From: Blastocystis sp. Blastoise
Taxonomy: Eukaryota; Protista; Bigyra: Opalinata
Reading direction: 5' to 3'
DNA length: 64,000 bases
Assembly (NCBI GenBank): GCA_039096225.1
Contig: JBBPEB010000007.1
Location: 930,001 to 994,000 of the forward strand
Shown here piece after piece: positions 33,473 through 56,378 of this stretch (position 1 is the first letter of the stretch; the number at the start of each line of letters is the position of its first letter). A program made the translations under genes and the position numbers. Below the pieces are notes generated by a model. The model was not told the DNA's origin and did no database searches. It saw nothing but the letters and a program-made list of their open reading frames with translations.

Positions 33473-35218
33473 GTTTATGTATATATTTACCATTAATAAT
33501 GTCCAGAGATTTTGAATATAACTTTTATTATTTATAAACTATATATATATTTATATATATATATATTACATATAATATATATATATATATTACATATAAT
33601 ATATATATATATTCAAATATATACATCAGGAATAGTGCCATTCTTACAAAATTGTCTGACTTTCTGTATATATATATTAATATCATCATTATATTCTTTA
33701 GATGTGTTTGAAACAGAAGATTCATTATATATGGGCCATTCTTCTATATATATATATTAATAATCATGATTATTAAAACTATTTTTATAATATTATTCTT
33801 ATTTTAATATTTATAATTATGTATAATAAGTATATATATATAAATAAGCTATATAATATAGATACGTTCGTTATTGATAGCTTTGTATATATTTTGTAAA
33901 TAATTCCATTGTTGACGTAGAGGATAAGAGAGAAGAGTGACATCTGTATTATTAATAGATATATATAAAGAAAGAGAAGTAGGCGATGGAATAGATGATA
34001 ACGAGGAAATCTATATATATATATATTCATATATAGTATTCTTAATAATATTATATATATAGAGAGACTTATATACTTCATGTATAATAGAGTCAGTATA
34101 AATATAACACTGTGTTGATTTATTTTCTTTATAGCATCCTAATCCAGTTAATAACCGTGGGAATGTATCAAATAATTGATAACAGTTATGCACAGTATAT
34201 GAAATTTTGTTCATTATAAAGGAAATATATATATATTGTTTTATTATTTAGAAATAATTAATAATAGTAATATTGTTAATATAAAAAAGGATATTGTATC
34301 TTTATTCAAAAGTTTTAATGGATGGGAAGATATTTCATATCTATATATAAATAAAATATAATAATTAATATAATAATTAGTATAATATATAATTAATATA
34401 ATATATAATTAATATAATATAATAATTAATATAATATATAATCAATATAATATAATAATCAACATAATAATTAATATAATAATCAATATAATAATATACG
34501 TAGAATATTGATTTTTCAGGAATGATTGTCCAATGAATTGAATAGATTGATTCGTGTCCCATGTATAGAATAGAAATGGTATATTTGGAAAGAAACGATA
34601 TGAAGTACGATAGTGTTGAATCTTTGAATATATTCTATGTTATATATATAATAATAATAATAATAATATAAATTTATACTATATAGAGAATAAATAAAAT
34701 AATTCTATTCATACTGTTCAGATAAAGGAGATAAATAAGATATATCCAAATAATATTTTCTTGTAGCAGGAATATACTATGATAAATAGGAAGACAATAT
34801 ATATATATATAGTATAAAAGATATTCTACATACATCGTTTGGTTTGACTTCTTCTGATGAATAAATAGAACTAGTCTCGTGAATTAGAAGACTCTCTATA
34901 ATATGGTTTATTGACTATTTCCTATTAATTTCATATAAATAAAAACGTACACTAGAATCTGTTGTAAATGAAATATTCAACTTCTTCATAATGGATAATA
35001 AAGAGAAATCAGCTACTAAGAGAAATGTGTCAAATAAATCACAAATATATCTTAATGAACTTGAAGTATCATTTGAAACGTATATGAAAGCAATTGTACC
35101 AACAACAGAAACCTTATCTCCGTTAGATAGAGACTGAAAACAATTAGATAAATCCCTATTAATCTTCTAATCAATAAAAAATATATATAATATTTTACCC
35201 ATTGTCTATGTCATCCAT
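32198..35218 (-). CDS. Hypothetical multi-exon protein containing an AT-AC intron
   Basis: Exons join in frame from MDDIDNG to ...IRPITL*, except for one unresolved frame near 33440-33520. No family recognised. Confidence 0.55.
34209..34294 (-). other. U12-type AT-AC intron (86 nt)
   Basis: 5' ATATCCTTTT and 3' TTTCCTTTATAATGAAC. Removal joins NKDT|KISY in frame. The intron contains an in-frame stop and no GT or AG. Confidence 0.8.
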
Positions 35219-35305
35219 ACTGAATATATAATACACAAAAAAATTTTAAAAAACACTAAAAACGAAGGATAAAATGCAGAAAATATTTTTTCGGTAGATA
35301 AAGCA

Positions 35306-38373
<3,068 letters not shown>

Positions 38374-38774
38374 TTGTGATTTTCAAACCCTTCATCAGTC
38401 TCATACTGTTTCATCATGCCTTAGTTGTACTTCAAATTTCTATTATGTTATTTCTGAAGTAGAATTCTTTATTATTATGTTAATCTCAATGAGTTCTTTT
38501 TTTTTTAATTTTTTTATTTTTTATTTTATTGTTTTTTATCTATCAATCTAATCCATTATATTTTATAATAATATTTTGTTGTAATTTTATAATCATAAAC
38601 ACTAATTAATCATTTAAAAACGACAAAAAGAAATATCAAATGTTTTCACGAGAATATTATTTATTGAAGACAAATTCAAATATGTCCCGTAATTCTAAAC
38701 CGAGAACTATTTTTTTAATTTCATTTTCTTTTTTTCATCCATTTTATTTAATTATATATAAATTATTTTATAAA

Positions 38775-39390
38775 ATGTCTACCCCAGATGATTGTGATTT
38801 CCATATTGTCGTTAAAAACGAATTTCAATTGTTAACTGAACAATATGAAGACGAATTAGACAAAGAAATGCCAGATCAATCCATTATTTACAAATATGCA
38901 ACAGAATGTACGAAGCAAAAAGATCACGATACTATTGAAAATGGAATACAATTATTAGAAAATTTGGCTGATGATAATTATGAAACTGTAAATTGTCTCT
39001 TGAGTGTTGTCGAAGCAAATATTAAAATTGGTAAATTATATGAAGGAAGAAAGATATGTGAACGTATTCTTAATAAAGAACCTTGTAATCCAAAAGCCAC
39101 AAAATTATATAATGAAATGGAAAAAATTGTCAAATCAAGTATGTAATATTATTATATATATATAAATATATATTTTTTTATAATGTTATACTATATTATT
39201 TTTTTAAACATTTACATGATTTCTTTATTCACTAGATATATATGTATATTTATGTATATAGTTGATTATATATATTCATTTTATTATAACTTATATATAT
39301 GTTATAGAAGGTGTACCAGGATTATTAATTATTACTGGTGTTTCTTTAGCTACATTATTTATTATTAATCGTATGTGCAGACGACATTAA
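38775..39390 (+). CDS. FIS1: Mitochondrial fission protein Fis1
   Basis: TPR-like YKYA...GIQLLENL...NCLL...KIGKLYEGRKICERILNKEPCNPKA, then a tail anchor GVPGLLIITGVSLATLFII followed by basic NRMCRRH*. Confidence 0.85.
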
Positions 39391-39740
39391 ATTAATAGTA
39401 CGCTATATATTTTTATTTATTGATTTCTATGTATATTTTTGTTATATATTTGTTTTACAAAGTTTTTATCTTCTTGTGTAATATATTTAAATAGTTTGTG
39501 TCATAATTCACATCATAAAAAACTTTTTAAAATAATAGCAACCATTTATTGTTGTTTTTATAATTTTATGTTATCAGTAAAAATGAAACATAAAAATGAT
39601 TTTCTGTTTTTCTATTATTTTCAAATAAATAAGCAAACAATGCACATACAGAGAATAAAAAAATATAAATAATAATGATATATACTATTATTACTAATGT
39701 AGAATATATGTATAGAGTAATAAGTTGATACATATATTGA

Positions 39741-43330
<3,590 letters not shown>

Positions 43331-43607
43331 CTTATCTGTATAAATATATTGAATTTATATGAAAAATAGCAACAATAATAGAGAATTCTTCAATAATTAT
43401 TATTCTATAAAATTCGTGAATAAAAGAAAAAGACTGGATACTTTGGTATATAATCATGAATGTCGGCTTCAGAAGGCTAAAAATATCAAGAAAAAAGAAA
43501 GAGACAAAAAATAGATATTCCCAGGAAGAATCAGAAACCATCGAATTTCTTAAACAAAACTTGAATCACCCAAATATAAACTATTTATTTGGCTTATTTA
43601 AACAAGA

Positions 43608-45487
43608 ATGTCTCTCCCAACTTGGTATTTTATGAATTTAGTACTTTATTAAAATGCTTTAGTGATCCTACATTTTTCCAATTTGTTGATTCTTTGAGAA
43701 GTGTCGATAACGATGTCCGTAAAGCTGCTGAAGATCAATTCAAAACTTTACAAGAACAAGATGCTTATGGTCTTATCATTCAATTCCTTGGTTGTTACTT
43801 CTCTTCTGAGAATGGAACTGTAAGAGCTTACTGTGCTATTATGTTAAAGAAACTTACTACTCTTCTTACTTGGTCTAAGTTTGATGCTACTCAACAAAAA
43901 ACTATTTGTGACTTGTTATTACATGCTTTCCAAAATGAAACTGATGCTAATGCTCGTCACCAAGTTTCTAATATTATTGCACCTGTTTCTGGATTAACAA
44001 AGGAATGGCCTGAGTTATTACCTTGTTTAAATAGTGCTTGTACTCATTCAGATCCTCTTGTTCAATGTGAAGGAATTTATATTTTAGGAGAAATGTCTGA
44101 TTATTCTCTTGAAGTATATATATATTATATATATATTATATATTATATTATATTATTATATATAATTTTTTTTTATTATATTTTAGGTCATTCAACCTAT
44201 TATTAATGATATTCATACTGTATTCAAACAATGTATTAGCGGACAAAACCCTCAGGTTAAATTCGCAGCTGCTAAAGTATATATATATTATTATTATTGT
44301 TATATTTATTATTCTTTTATTTATTTAATTATAATATATATATATTAATAAAACTATTTTACAAGCTACTCTTACTTTCTTATTATGTTTAAATGAAGAA
44401 AAATTTAATCCTTTTGTTTCTCAAATTCCCGTGGTTCTTCAAGTAATTAAAGGATTACTAGAAATAGGTAATGAAGAAGATGCTCAACAATTACTTATTT
44501 CTCTTGGAGATATCTGCAGGTATATATATATATATATTATTTTTTTATATTTATTTTTTTTTTTTTATCTATTTTACTATATCCCCTTTTTTTATTATTT
44601 TATTTTTAATAAATTTTAACAATAAATCATTAATATATATATATATATATTATTAGATTGAATGTCGTATTATTAAATCAATGGGTACCTGGTATAAGTA
44701 GTTGTATGATTCAAATTGCTTCTCTTCCTGTATCTGTTGAAACGGTTAAACAAGCTCTTGAAGTCCTTATTGCTATCAGTGAAACTAATTCAAGTATATA
44801 TTTATTGTTATTATTGTTTTTTCTTTTTTTGTTGTTAGTATGATTTTATTTATATATGTTTTTATATTCTGTATATAGCCTATCTTCGTAAGAATATGAA
44901 TGCCCTTAGTAATATTGTTGGTTGTTTACTTCATCATATGTGTATTATTGATGATGATGATACTTGGGAACAAGGTATATATGGAGATGAAGAAGAAATG
45001 AGCAATTCTCTTGATACCAACTATCTTATGGCTTCTTCTGTATTTATTATATTTATTATTATGTTTATATTATATTTATTATGTGTTATATTCATTATGT
45101 TTATTATGTTTATTTTATTTTTATTTTTATTTTTATTTTTATTTTATCATTATTATGTTTATTATTATAGATTTTAGAGAGATTATGTTTGAATGTACGT
45201 GGTGCTAATATCTATAGAGAAGTAACTAAGAACCTTAAAGGATTAATCATGAATAAAGACTGGAAACAAAGAAGAGCTGCTTATTCTGCTATTTGGTGTA
45301 TTGCTGATGGTTGTTCTAAGAATATAGAAAAGGATTTAGGTACTTGGGTTAACTATATTATTACTGGTCTTAATGATGTTCATCCTCGTGTTGTATTTGC
45401 TGCTCTTTTCGCTTTAGGAGGTCTTGAAATATCTCTTCAACCTAAAATACAAAAAGAATTCGGATCAATGGTATGTATTCAATATAT

Positions 45488-45526
<39 letters not shown>

Positions 45527-45531
45527 TTTGT

Positions 45532-45614
<83 letters not shown>

Positions 45615-46617
45615 TAAATGTTTATATATAATTATCCTATTTATTATATATTTATTCTATTTATTAATTTATTTGTTATTTATTTATTATATTTATATCA
45701 TAATAATTCTTTTCTCTATATATAGATATTAGAGAGTTTAATGGGATTAATTCAAAAGAATCCTTGCATGCGTATTCAAGGTCACATTGCTAGTTGTTTA
45801 TTATCTTTCTTTAGTGTAGATAAACTTGGAAAGAATATATATAAACGTTATCTTGATACTATTATGAACTTTTTAGTTACTCTTTGTGGTATTAAGTATA
45901 TTTATATATAATTGTATAGTTATTATAATTATTCTTTTTATTTATATTAATTTCCTTATTATAGTTATTATTTTTATTTTAAATATAATACTTATTTATT
46001 ATATTTATTTATATATATATATAGTCAACCTGACCTTCAAACTGAAGCTGTTGGTGCTATTAATGCTATTTCTTCTATTACTAAGAGTGCTTTTGCTCCT
46101 TATTATGCTCCTATTATATTAGGATTAAAGGGTATTTGTGATAGTGATTTAACAGATAGTAACTTAGATTTACATAAGAACTGCTATGATTGCATTAGTA
46201 TATAGATTTTTTTTTTTATTTTTTTTTTTTTTTTTTATTTTTTTTTGCATATATTTATTTCAGTATATAATATCTAATTATATTTATTATTATTATTATT
46301 ATTATAGGTAGTATATTATTGAATATGGGTAAAGATAAAGTATCTCAAGAAGCTAATGAGATAGAACTATATATGTGCAATAAATTATTCTCTCTTCCTG
46401 AAACAGATTTACGTGTACCTATATTATTAGATACTGTTAGTAGTATTTATGATTGTATTAATCAAAATAGAGATCAACTTTTAAGCCAACTTATTCCTTG
46501 TATATTAAAATTCGCTTCTATTGAAATTGAAGTCAGTGCTACTCCTATTCTTAATGAAAATGATGTTGTTGAACAAGAAGGATATGAAAATTATCAAGTT
46601 GAATTAAAGAATATTGG

Positions 46618-46671
<54 letters not shown>

Positions 46672-47059
46672 TATTTATATATATAGGTACTCTCAATATT
46701 TCTTCAAATACTGCTTCTATGGAACTTAAATATTATGCTTTAGGTGCTCTTTATAAATTTATCGAATCTTCTAATAGTGAAATATTACCTTATTTGGACT
46801 CTATATATCAAGTCGTAAGTCCTTTAATTCAATTTAAATTCTACAGTGCTGTTCGTTCTCTTTCTGCTGAATTAATTGGATTACTTTTATCTCGTTATAT
46901 TGATATTAATAATAAAAATAATACTCTTAATATTGAAATGATAACTGGTATGGTTCATAGCGTATTAACTATGTTAGTTACTCAATATGCTGATGAAGCT
47001 GAAGAAGAAGATCAAGAAGGAATTGCTGATGCTATTAGTGTTATTCTTAAGGTATATAG

Positions 47060-47129
<70 letters not shown>

Positions 47130-47855
47130 ATATCCCTATATATATATAGGCTTGTTTAGAGACAGGTAATGATCAAAATGGTACATATATTGATTCTAAG
47201 ATTCATTTACCTTTAGAATATAATCAAGAATTAATGGATAGTTTTGTAAGTTATTTAAGAGATTGTGTAAGTGCTATTACTAGTTATTATGAAGATATTG
47301 ATAAAGAAGATAGAGAAGAACAAGAACAATTAGATGAATTAGAAGATGATATTTCGATCTTAAAAGAAAACTTAGAACATCTTATTGATTCCCTTGGTTA
47401 TATCATCAAATTAGAGAATATTCGTGTTATGAATGAATATAATACTTTAGTTTTACCCATGGCTGATGAATTTATGAGTAATAAACTTGGTCTTATTCAA
47501 TTTGTTGGTATATTATTATATTTATATTTATTATATTTATTATATTTATTATATTTATATTTATTATTTATTATATTTATTATATTAATATTTATTATAT
47601 TTAAAATATCTATATCTATATCTATATCTATATTTACTATCTCTCTATATAGGTTTATGTCCTATTGATGATTTCTTTGAGTATTGTTCTACGGATCTTA
47701 TTGCTCCTCTTGTTCCTCGTTATCTTCCTTTTATGCTTAAGAATGGAAGTAATGTCGATCCTTTCCTTAGACAAGCTTCTCTCTATGGTCTTAAAGTACT
47801 TGTCGATAAACACAGCCAATTAGTCTCTACTCAAGTTGCTGCATATATATATATA

Positions 47856-47944
<89 letters not shown>

Positions 47945-48582
47945 GGCTATTGTAAAGAGTCTTTATAATTCTATTTCTTCACGTGATTCTTCTGATGAAA
48001 TGTACGCTTCTTGTACGGATAACGCTCTTTCTGCTTTACTTGCTGTTTTATTACGTTTCGGTAATACTTTTGATGATCAATTATATAAGCAAATGTGTGG
48101 TGTTATTATTGATTATGTTCCTGCTGTTAATGATGTTATTGAATCTAAATCTATTCATAGAACTTTCGCTCAAGAAGTCATGAAACAAAAAGAAGGTATT
48201 TTCAATTCAAATGACCTCTATAAACGTGCATATATATATATATATATATATTTATTTATTAGCATTATTATTAATATTTCTTTTTCTTTCACTATTTATA
48301 TCATTTAATAAATCAATATTGAATCATCTTCTTCATTATTTAAATATATATAATATCCTATATATATATTATATATAGGCTTTATCAAAGCTTCCTTCTT
48401 TATTAGTTCCTAATTTCGCTGATGCTGATGATGAAGATGAAGAAGCTATGATTGCTGATAAGGAGACTCAAGTTGCTGTTGTCAACTACTTAAAACAATT
48501 ACCTAATGGATATAATGGATTATTAAATAATTATGGTCCTGAAGAAAAGAAATGGATTAGTAAAAAGATGAATTCTTTATAA
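43608..48582 (+). CDS. IPO5: Importin-5/Kap121-type karyopherin beta
   Basis: SVDNDVRKAAE, EWPELLP, DWKQRRAA, LNDVHPRV, FAPYY, NTASMELK, FYSAVRS, RQASLYG and TDNALSA HEAT-repeat motifs; about 14 introns. Confidence 0.9.
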
Positions 48583-49324
48583 ACAATTTTTTTTTGGTTT
48601 ATTTTTTTATTATTCTTTTATTTTTTTATTTAACTATTTTAATAATTTAATACTATGCATATATTTCATTTATCCTTCTTATTTTTTTGTTTGTTCTATT
48701 TGTTTGTATGTTCTTCTTCATTATCTTGAACTAGACACTTCTAAATATATATTTTTACCTTTTGTTTTGTTATTTTTTTGCTAATTGTAGCTTTGAATTC
48801 ATTATTCATAGGTATATCAAATCTATACATAAATCATCAAATTGTTTTTAAAGAAATTAAAAACTTAAAGGAATCAAATTCATATTTTGACTTTATTGAC
48901 TCGGCATACTAGAAACATACTTTTCTAAAACCTTCACTGATATTTAAATAAGTATATATATTTCATACAGTTTCATTTCTCACTTTGACTTGACAATGTT
49001 CATATCAATGACTTTAGACAGATCATAGCAAGTATATTTGAGACTTACCATACGTTTAATGCATTTCCTTCATATTAAATGGCGAATACCTTGTGATAGC
49101 ATGGCCATGTTTAGTGAATAATAATTATTATTTTCATTTATTTATCTTTAGAATTCAAATTATATATTTCTTATAAGATTTCATTTATTATACAAAAGAA
49201 AATTCTAAGAATACTCTTTAAAACATAGAATAAAAACTACAAAGAACAACAAAATTGTGGAAGTTTTAGTATTTTGACATTATGATAAAAACTTGTAAAT
49301 TTTTCTTCTATTATTTTGTGCAAT

Positions 49325-52264
49325 ATGGATAATATAACTGTTATTATACAATATCAATCACAAGATACTAAATATACAGTTGATTCTGAAAGCTTGTTAT
49401 CTCAACTTAAACTAGACATTTGTGTATGATTCATTTGATATCAATTTATCTATCTTTTTTGTTTTTATAGGATAATTTAGACTGTGGTTATGAGTTGGTT
49501 CAGTTATATAAATCATCTACTTTACTTGAGGGTGATGATTTACTTTCAACATATGGAATACATGATGGAGATTGTCTTCAACTTAGTCTTGAGGATTTGG
49601 TGAATGTGAATGTTGTGTTTTTATCAACGTGTATTAAAAATCGTTACAATGCCGACTTACCCATTCAAGCTGTTATCGATGATCTCTTGAAAACAGTATT
49701 TTTCAATTTTATTTTATTGTTTAAATACTTCTTTCATATATAGAATTTATTTAAGAATGTTGTTTTTCAAACTAAAAGACTTTTAATTACGAATAACTTT
49801 AACAAAGTTCCTATTACTACGTTCCTCAATGAATTATTTCGTGATTTTAATAATACTATTCAATTGCATATTTATTATGTTGATTTATCAACAAATTTGT
49901 TAAGATGTTTAAATTATTCTTATGTAAATATATATAATTTATAATCTATTTTTATTATTTAATTATATATAGAAGGAAAATATTATACGAATTCCTGTTT
50001 ATTGGAAATTTGGTAAAGATATATATACAAGTTATTTACCTCAAAAAGCGACTGTAAAAGATTTTATTATTCAAATTCAAGTATATATTTTTTTTTTCTT
50101 ATTTTTTTTCTTTAATTATTTATTTATATATATAATATTTATAATATTCCCCAACAATTATATAGAGTCATTATTCTTATGATATTACGTTATATACAAT
50201 TACATTTAATAATATTACTCTTAATAATAGAGATATCATTTCACAATATAAAAGTGAAAATAATCCTTTCACCGTGTACTTACGTGTATATACATAATTA
50301 TTTTTATTGTTTTATTCATTGATTATATTTTTTTTTAATATAATTATTATCTTTTTTATTAATATCATTTTTTATTATTTTATATGTATTATATATATAT
50401 ATATATATATAGATTTCCTTCTTTATTGAATCCGATTGTTTTAGTGTTTTATGTGATCCAAGTACTACTGTTTCTCAAGCTATACATAAAATATATGATA
50501 CCTATGGAACAGATGTTATTTTTGTATATATATTCATATATATATATATATGATTCTTTTTCTAAAAATTCGTAATTTATCTTATTTTTATTTTATTTTA
50601 TTTTATTTTATTATATTATATTTTTATTAATTATATATTATATATAAACATAGTGTGCATATTCTGATTTTGGTGCTTTGCCAGTAATTAGTATAAATAA
50701 AGAAATAACTTTAAAACCATCAGATATTGTCATGAATCAATTTAAATCAAATCAACCACTCTTTTATTTAGATTTTGTATATTTATATTTATATATTTAT
50801 ATTATTATAAATTATATATATTTCTTTATTTATTTTATAATTAATAAAAATTTATATTTCTTTTTTATATATTATTATTATTATTATTAATATTTTTTTT
50901 TATATATTATTATTATTAATATGTTTATATATAGTACAAAGTTACTGAAGATGAGTCATTATTTAGTGAATCTTCTAATTATATAGAGAATCTATTTAGT
51001 TTATTATCTCCATTACCTATTCCTTCAATGCCTATATTAGAAGATATTAATGATATTAATAGAGATACAATAATAGAAGAAGATGAATTAGACAAACAAT
51101 GTGAACAATATATTCGTGAATTATCAAATGAAGAAGTTCTAATAGAACAACGTAGAATAGAAATAGAAAAAAAAGAACTAAAAGAAGCTCTATCTGCACC
51201 AATTCGTATTAATGAAGACCAAAAGAATCGTCATTCTAAAAGTCCTTTGTCAAGATATAATGATAATAATAATAATAATGATAATAATAATAATAATAAT
51301 CCAGTTGAAAGAAGTATAGAACAACAGGAATCTAGTATAGAAAGAGAACAAATGAATGTTACTATTAATAGTAATAGAAAAGATAGAAAAGGAGATATTT
51401 CTCCTGCTTCTGATGAAATTGAAACAAATGGTCTCTCCTGTATGTTAACTGTTTTCTTTATATACATATATATATAGCAAGGTTATCACTATTTATTAAT
51501 ATATACTTATTATAATTAATCTATATATGAATAAAACTTATATATATAGCTCCTAGTTTCTCACGTAAAAGTACGTCTGTTTCTCCAACTGTTAATTCAA
51601 ATGTATTATCTTTAAATGTGACTTCTTTCGAAGATTCTACTTCTAATCACTCACTTCGTTCTGCTACTCCTTTGGCGGGAAATCGCGATAATATTCGTAC
51701 TATAAATGAAACGAATAGTCATGCTCAACCTATAGCTAATAATGACGCATCGCACGTCACTCTTACAACACCGCCTGCGTCACCCTCTGTACCATCTTCT
51801 TATCCTATGTCAATCATTGGATTTAATGAGAATAATGAAAACAATTCAAATATACCTAATAATATCAATACTATTAATGCTAAATATAGTATTCCTTCAC
51901 GACCTATTTCTCTTTTTACTCCTCAACCCTCTATATCCATTCCTATTGATAATAATCCAGACAATCGTCGTGTTTCTATGCCTGTTATTCAAACAGGACG
52001 TGGTATAGCTGGTGAGTCTTCAATTCCACGTGCTGGAAGCATATCAAATCCCCAATTATATAATAATTCTAATACACCCCATTCTAATGCTAGCAACTCC
52101 ATTAGGAGAAGCCCTTCGTCTGTATCAATCGCTAGCATATCTCCTACTCCTACTCCTATATCTACAAGAAATAGTGCATCAATAACCACGGGAAACGGAA
52201 CATCTAATGAACCTATTAATCTCAATCAACAAATGGTATATATATTATTATTATTATTATCACA

Positions 52265-52329
<65 letters not shown>

Positions 52330-52738
52330 GTTGTATAGTTTGAAGTATTCTTCTTCAATGTTTTGACACAACAACGTAGTCGAATGACTCCTATGGGTAT
52401 ATACACAATTATGGTTTTAGTTAAATCTTTTAAAGTATTTTGCTATTCTTATTATTATATCTTATATTATTCATTTTATAGAAATACAATTTATATATCT
52501 ACTTTATATATATATATATAGAAAAGCAAAGGTTATAATGCTAATGTATTTGTAAACATTTATATAAATGGAGTCCCTCAATCGTTAACAAACACTATCG
52601 CGTCAATTTCCCTCCAAATTCCAAATCAGAAAATATATCTTCATTCTATTCAAGTATATATTATTATTATGTTTATTATGTTTATTATGTTTATTATTAT
52701 TATATTCTTTATTCTTCTTCATCATCATCATCATCATC

Positions 52739-52770
<32 letters not shown>

Positions 52771-54690
52771 TACTTATATGTATAGTATGTATTATTAGGA
52801 TCAGAATTGTTTTCTATGACAGAATCTGGATTTATTAGTATATATATATTTTTATTTATACATATTTGATATTTATTATATATTCAGCCAATCAATTTGA
52901 ATCGGATCCCTCATCCCTGATGCGTCATTTTTCCAGTAAAACTGATCTTAATCACTATTATATATCATGTATATTTTTTTTATTATTTTATTCATTATTA
53001 TTCTAAATCTTGCTTATTTATTATTTCATTTATTATTCTATGTATTATTCTCTATATTATCATATTTATTATTCTATTTATTATTCTACATATAATAATA
53101 TAGATAAGGTGCCAGAGAATATGAGTATTGCTGCATGGTTAGTTAGATATAAGATTAATCCCTCAAATATTATATTTTATGGTAAATATATATGGTATTA
53201 TGTATTATTATATATTATATTATAATATATATATAGATATGAAGAATGATATAATAGTATCATATACTTATTTACAAGATTCAGACACTTATAAAGAAAT
53301 TGACTCACTCTATATTAGCTGTATATATATATATATATATATATATATTGATTGTATATATGTGTATATAGTAAATAGAATGAGTATTGAAGATTTCCAA
53401 TTGATTATTAAATCAATTTTATCCAATGAAATTCCTTCTCTTGCATCAATAAATTATAATAGTATATATAATAGAATTATATTACTATTACTATTATAAA
53501 TTAATTATATATATTTATATATATAGAAGCATGTGACAGTCGTGTACATGGATTATTTATCGACTTATTACGTTTCAGAACTACGCTGAATATTATTGAA
53601 AATGGAGTTAGTAAGTTTTTTTTATCTTTTACTTATTTTTGAATATGTTGTTCATTATTATTATTCTTATTCTACTTATATATATAGAATTGGTAATTCC
53701 TTCAGTCGTGACAAATGTTATGTCACCAAGTTCAGTTCATTCAATGCCATCAACGCCTTTCAGAGGGATGTCAACCCCTCATAGTCAATCAATTTCAAAT
53801 ATTAATCAAGTACAATCAATTAATACTAATACAAGTATTTATTATATTTATTATATTTATTATATTTATTATATTTATTATATTTATTATATTTATTATA
53901 TTTTTATATGTGTTTTTATTTGTATATTTATTAACTATATAGATCCAACTGATACTGTTAATGTTGAAGAAGCCTTAAAATCAAAAGAACTAACATGTAA
54001 TTATATATTAACATTTATATATACTAATAATATATAGTTACTCCTGCTAATTATAATATATGTTTTTCATACATAAAAAGTGGTACCTTTGATAGTATTG
54101 AAAAATTATTCATGAATAGTATATACATTATTTTATTTATTATTATGTTTATTATTATTATATAGATTGTAATATTAATGATGAGTTATTTTCAATATTT
54201 ATTACTCAATTAAACTTCAAAAGACTTCCCTGTTTGGATATATTAGATTTATCAGGTATATATATATGTATTATTATTATATTTTTTATGTTTCTATTGT
54301 TATTTATTATATCATTCTGTTTGTTTTCATTCTTATTATATAGAAAATAATATTACTGCTGATGGTATTTATTTATTAAACAAGGTTATTAAAGATAATT
54401 ATAGACCTATGAGTTCTTGTATATATATAGTATCATTATTATTTTATATTTTATTTTTATATAGTGTTATCAAAACATAATATTATATTAGCATCAGTTA
54501 CTTATTTAAATTTATCTAGTATATTTATATTTATATTTATATTTATATTTATTTATTCATTTATTATTATTATTATTATAGAGAATAATATACAATCGAA
54601 AGGTTGTGGTTATTTATATGAATTAATTAATCAGAAATATTTAAAGAATTTGCAAGCACTTAATATTGAGTGTATATATATATCATACAC

Positions 54691-54741
<51 letters not shown>

Positions 54742-56378
54742 GATAATAATATTGATAAGGATTCGTGTGAAGACTTTACCGATTGGGGAAGACTTAAATT
54801 ATTATGTTTTGAAAATGCTTTACGTTATGTGCCATTTGCTGATTCAATTGTGTTACAACCTTTCCTCACTTCACGTGATGTATTTAACGCCAGATCTATT
54901 GTTATTAATGAGTCTATTGACTCTAATTCAACACGTTTATTATGTTATGCCTTCCAACATCAACAATATCAGCAACTTCTAGAACTCTCTCTTCATAGTA
55001 TATTCTATTATTTTGTTTATTATTATACTTATTATTATTATTATTATTGTATTATTATATTTATTATATTTATGAATAGATCAAGAATTTGATGACACAG
55101 CTGCTGGCTATATTGCCTCTGCTCTTGATGATGAAAATATCACTCCAAAAATATTCGATATTTCTAGTATAATTATTATATTTATGATATTTTTTTATTA
55201 TTTATTATTTTTATAATATTATTTTTATTATTTTTATTATTTTTATAATATTATTTTTATTATTTTTATTATTTTATTATATTTATTATTTTTATTATTA
55301 TTATTCTTTCAATAGATTGTGTTATTAAAGAGAAAAATTTATTATCTATATTGCAATCTATGAATGGAATTCAACAATTAAGATTAGGTTGTATGATTAT
55401 ATATATATATATATTTATTTACTTTTTTATTTATGTATTTATGTGATTTAATTAATATACATATATATATATATAGCAATATCCTTAAAACGTTCATTTT
55501 TAAGTTCTTTCTTATCTATTATTAAGGAGAATATAGATAACTGGAAATCGTTGACATTTATTGATTTATCAAGTATATATATAATAATATTAATCGTTTA
55601 TGTTTAGTATTTGTTTTTCATATTTTATATATTTTTATATATTATATATTTTTATTTATGCATCTATTTGCTTATATATATAGATACAGGTATTGGTTGT
55701 AGTTATATATGTGACTTTTTAGAAGGATTAAATAATTGTAAAATTCAGCTTTCTCATATCATTCTTAATGGTATAATATAATTATTATTTATTTTTTTAT
55801 TTATTTATTTAACATAACATATACATATAGAATTATCTTTTTCTTCAAAGGAAATTCTGAAATTATTTACTGTATATAAAAACTTTAATAAGAGTTTACA
55901 ATGTATTTCATTCTCAAGTATGCTTATTATATTATATTATATTATATTATATTATATTATATTATATTATATTATATTATATTATATTATATTATATTAT
56001 ATAGATACTAAATTTGATGATTCCTGTATATTACCGCTTTTCAATTTAATTCAAGAATCAGAACATCTCAATTATCTTATATTTACCAGTATATATTCTA
56101 TTACTTATATATTGTATTCCTTTTATATATATATATTTTATTACGTATATATTATATGTATATAGGAAGTCCAAAATTATCGTCAAAAGGTCTTACAACT
56201 CTCTGTAACAATCTTTTTACCATCCCTAGAGAGTTTACTCTATTCTTTAATAGTATATATATAATATATATATATATATTAATCATCTATATTATTATTA
56301 TATATAGATGACAATCCATATGATGCTACTTATTTTGCAAATCTTGTACATGGAAGTTGTTTAAAGTTAACTGTTTAA
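49325..56378 (+). CDS. Multidomain protein: N-terminal ubiquitin-like repeats, S/P/N-rich linker, C-terminal RNI-like LRRs
   Basis: UBL signature LLSQLKLDI...LLEGDDLLSTYGIHDGDCLQL. LRRs include LDILDLSENNITADG, VTYLNLSKNNIQSKG and LQALNIEYNNI. About 32 exons join in frame to TAA. Confidence 0.75.

Noticed and set aside
34564-34602. Second AT-AC-like segment (ATATCGTTT...ATAC)
   Set aside because: The frame reads through openly (RTSYRFFPNIPFLFYTW) and the donor mismatches the U12 consensus.
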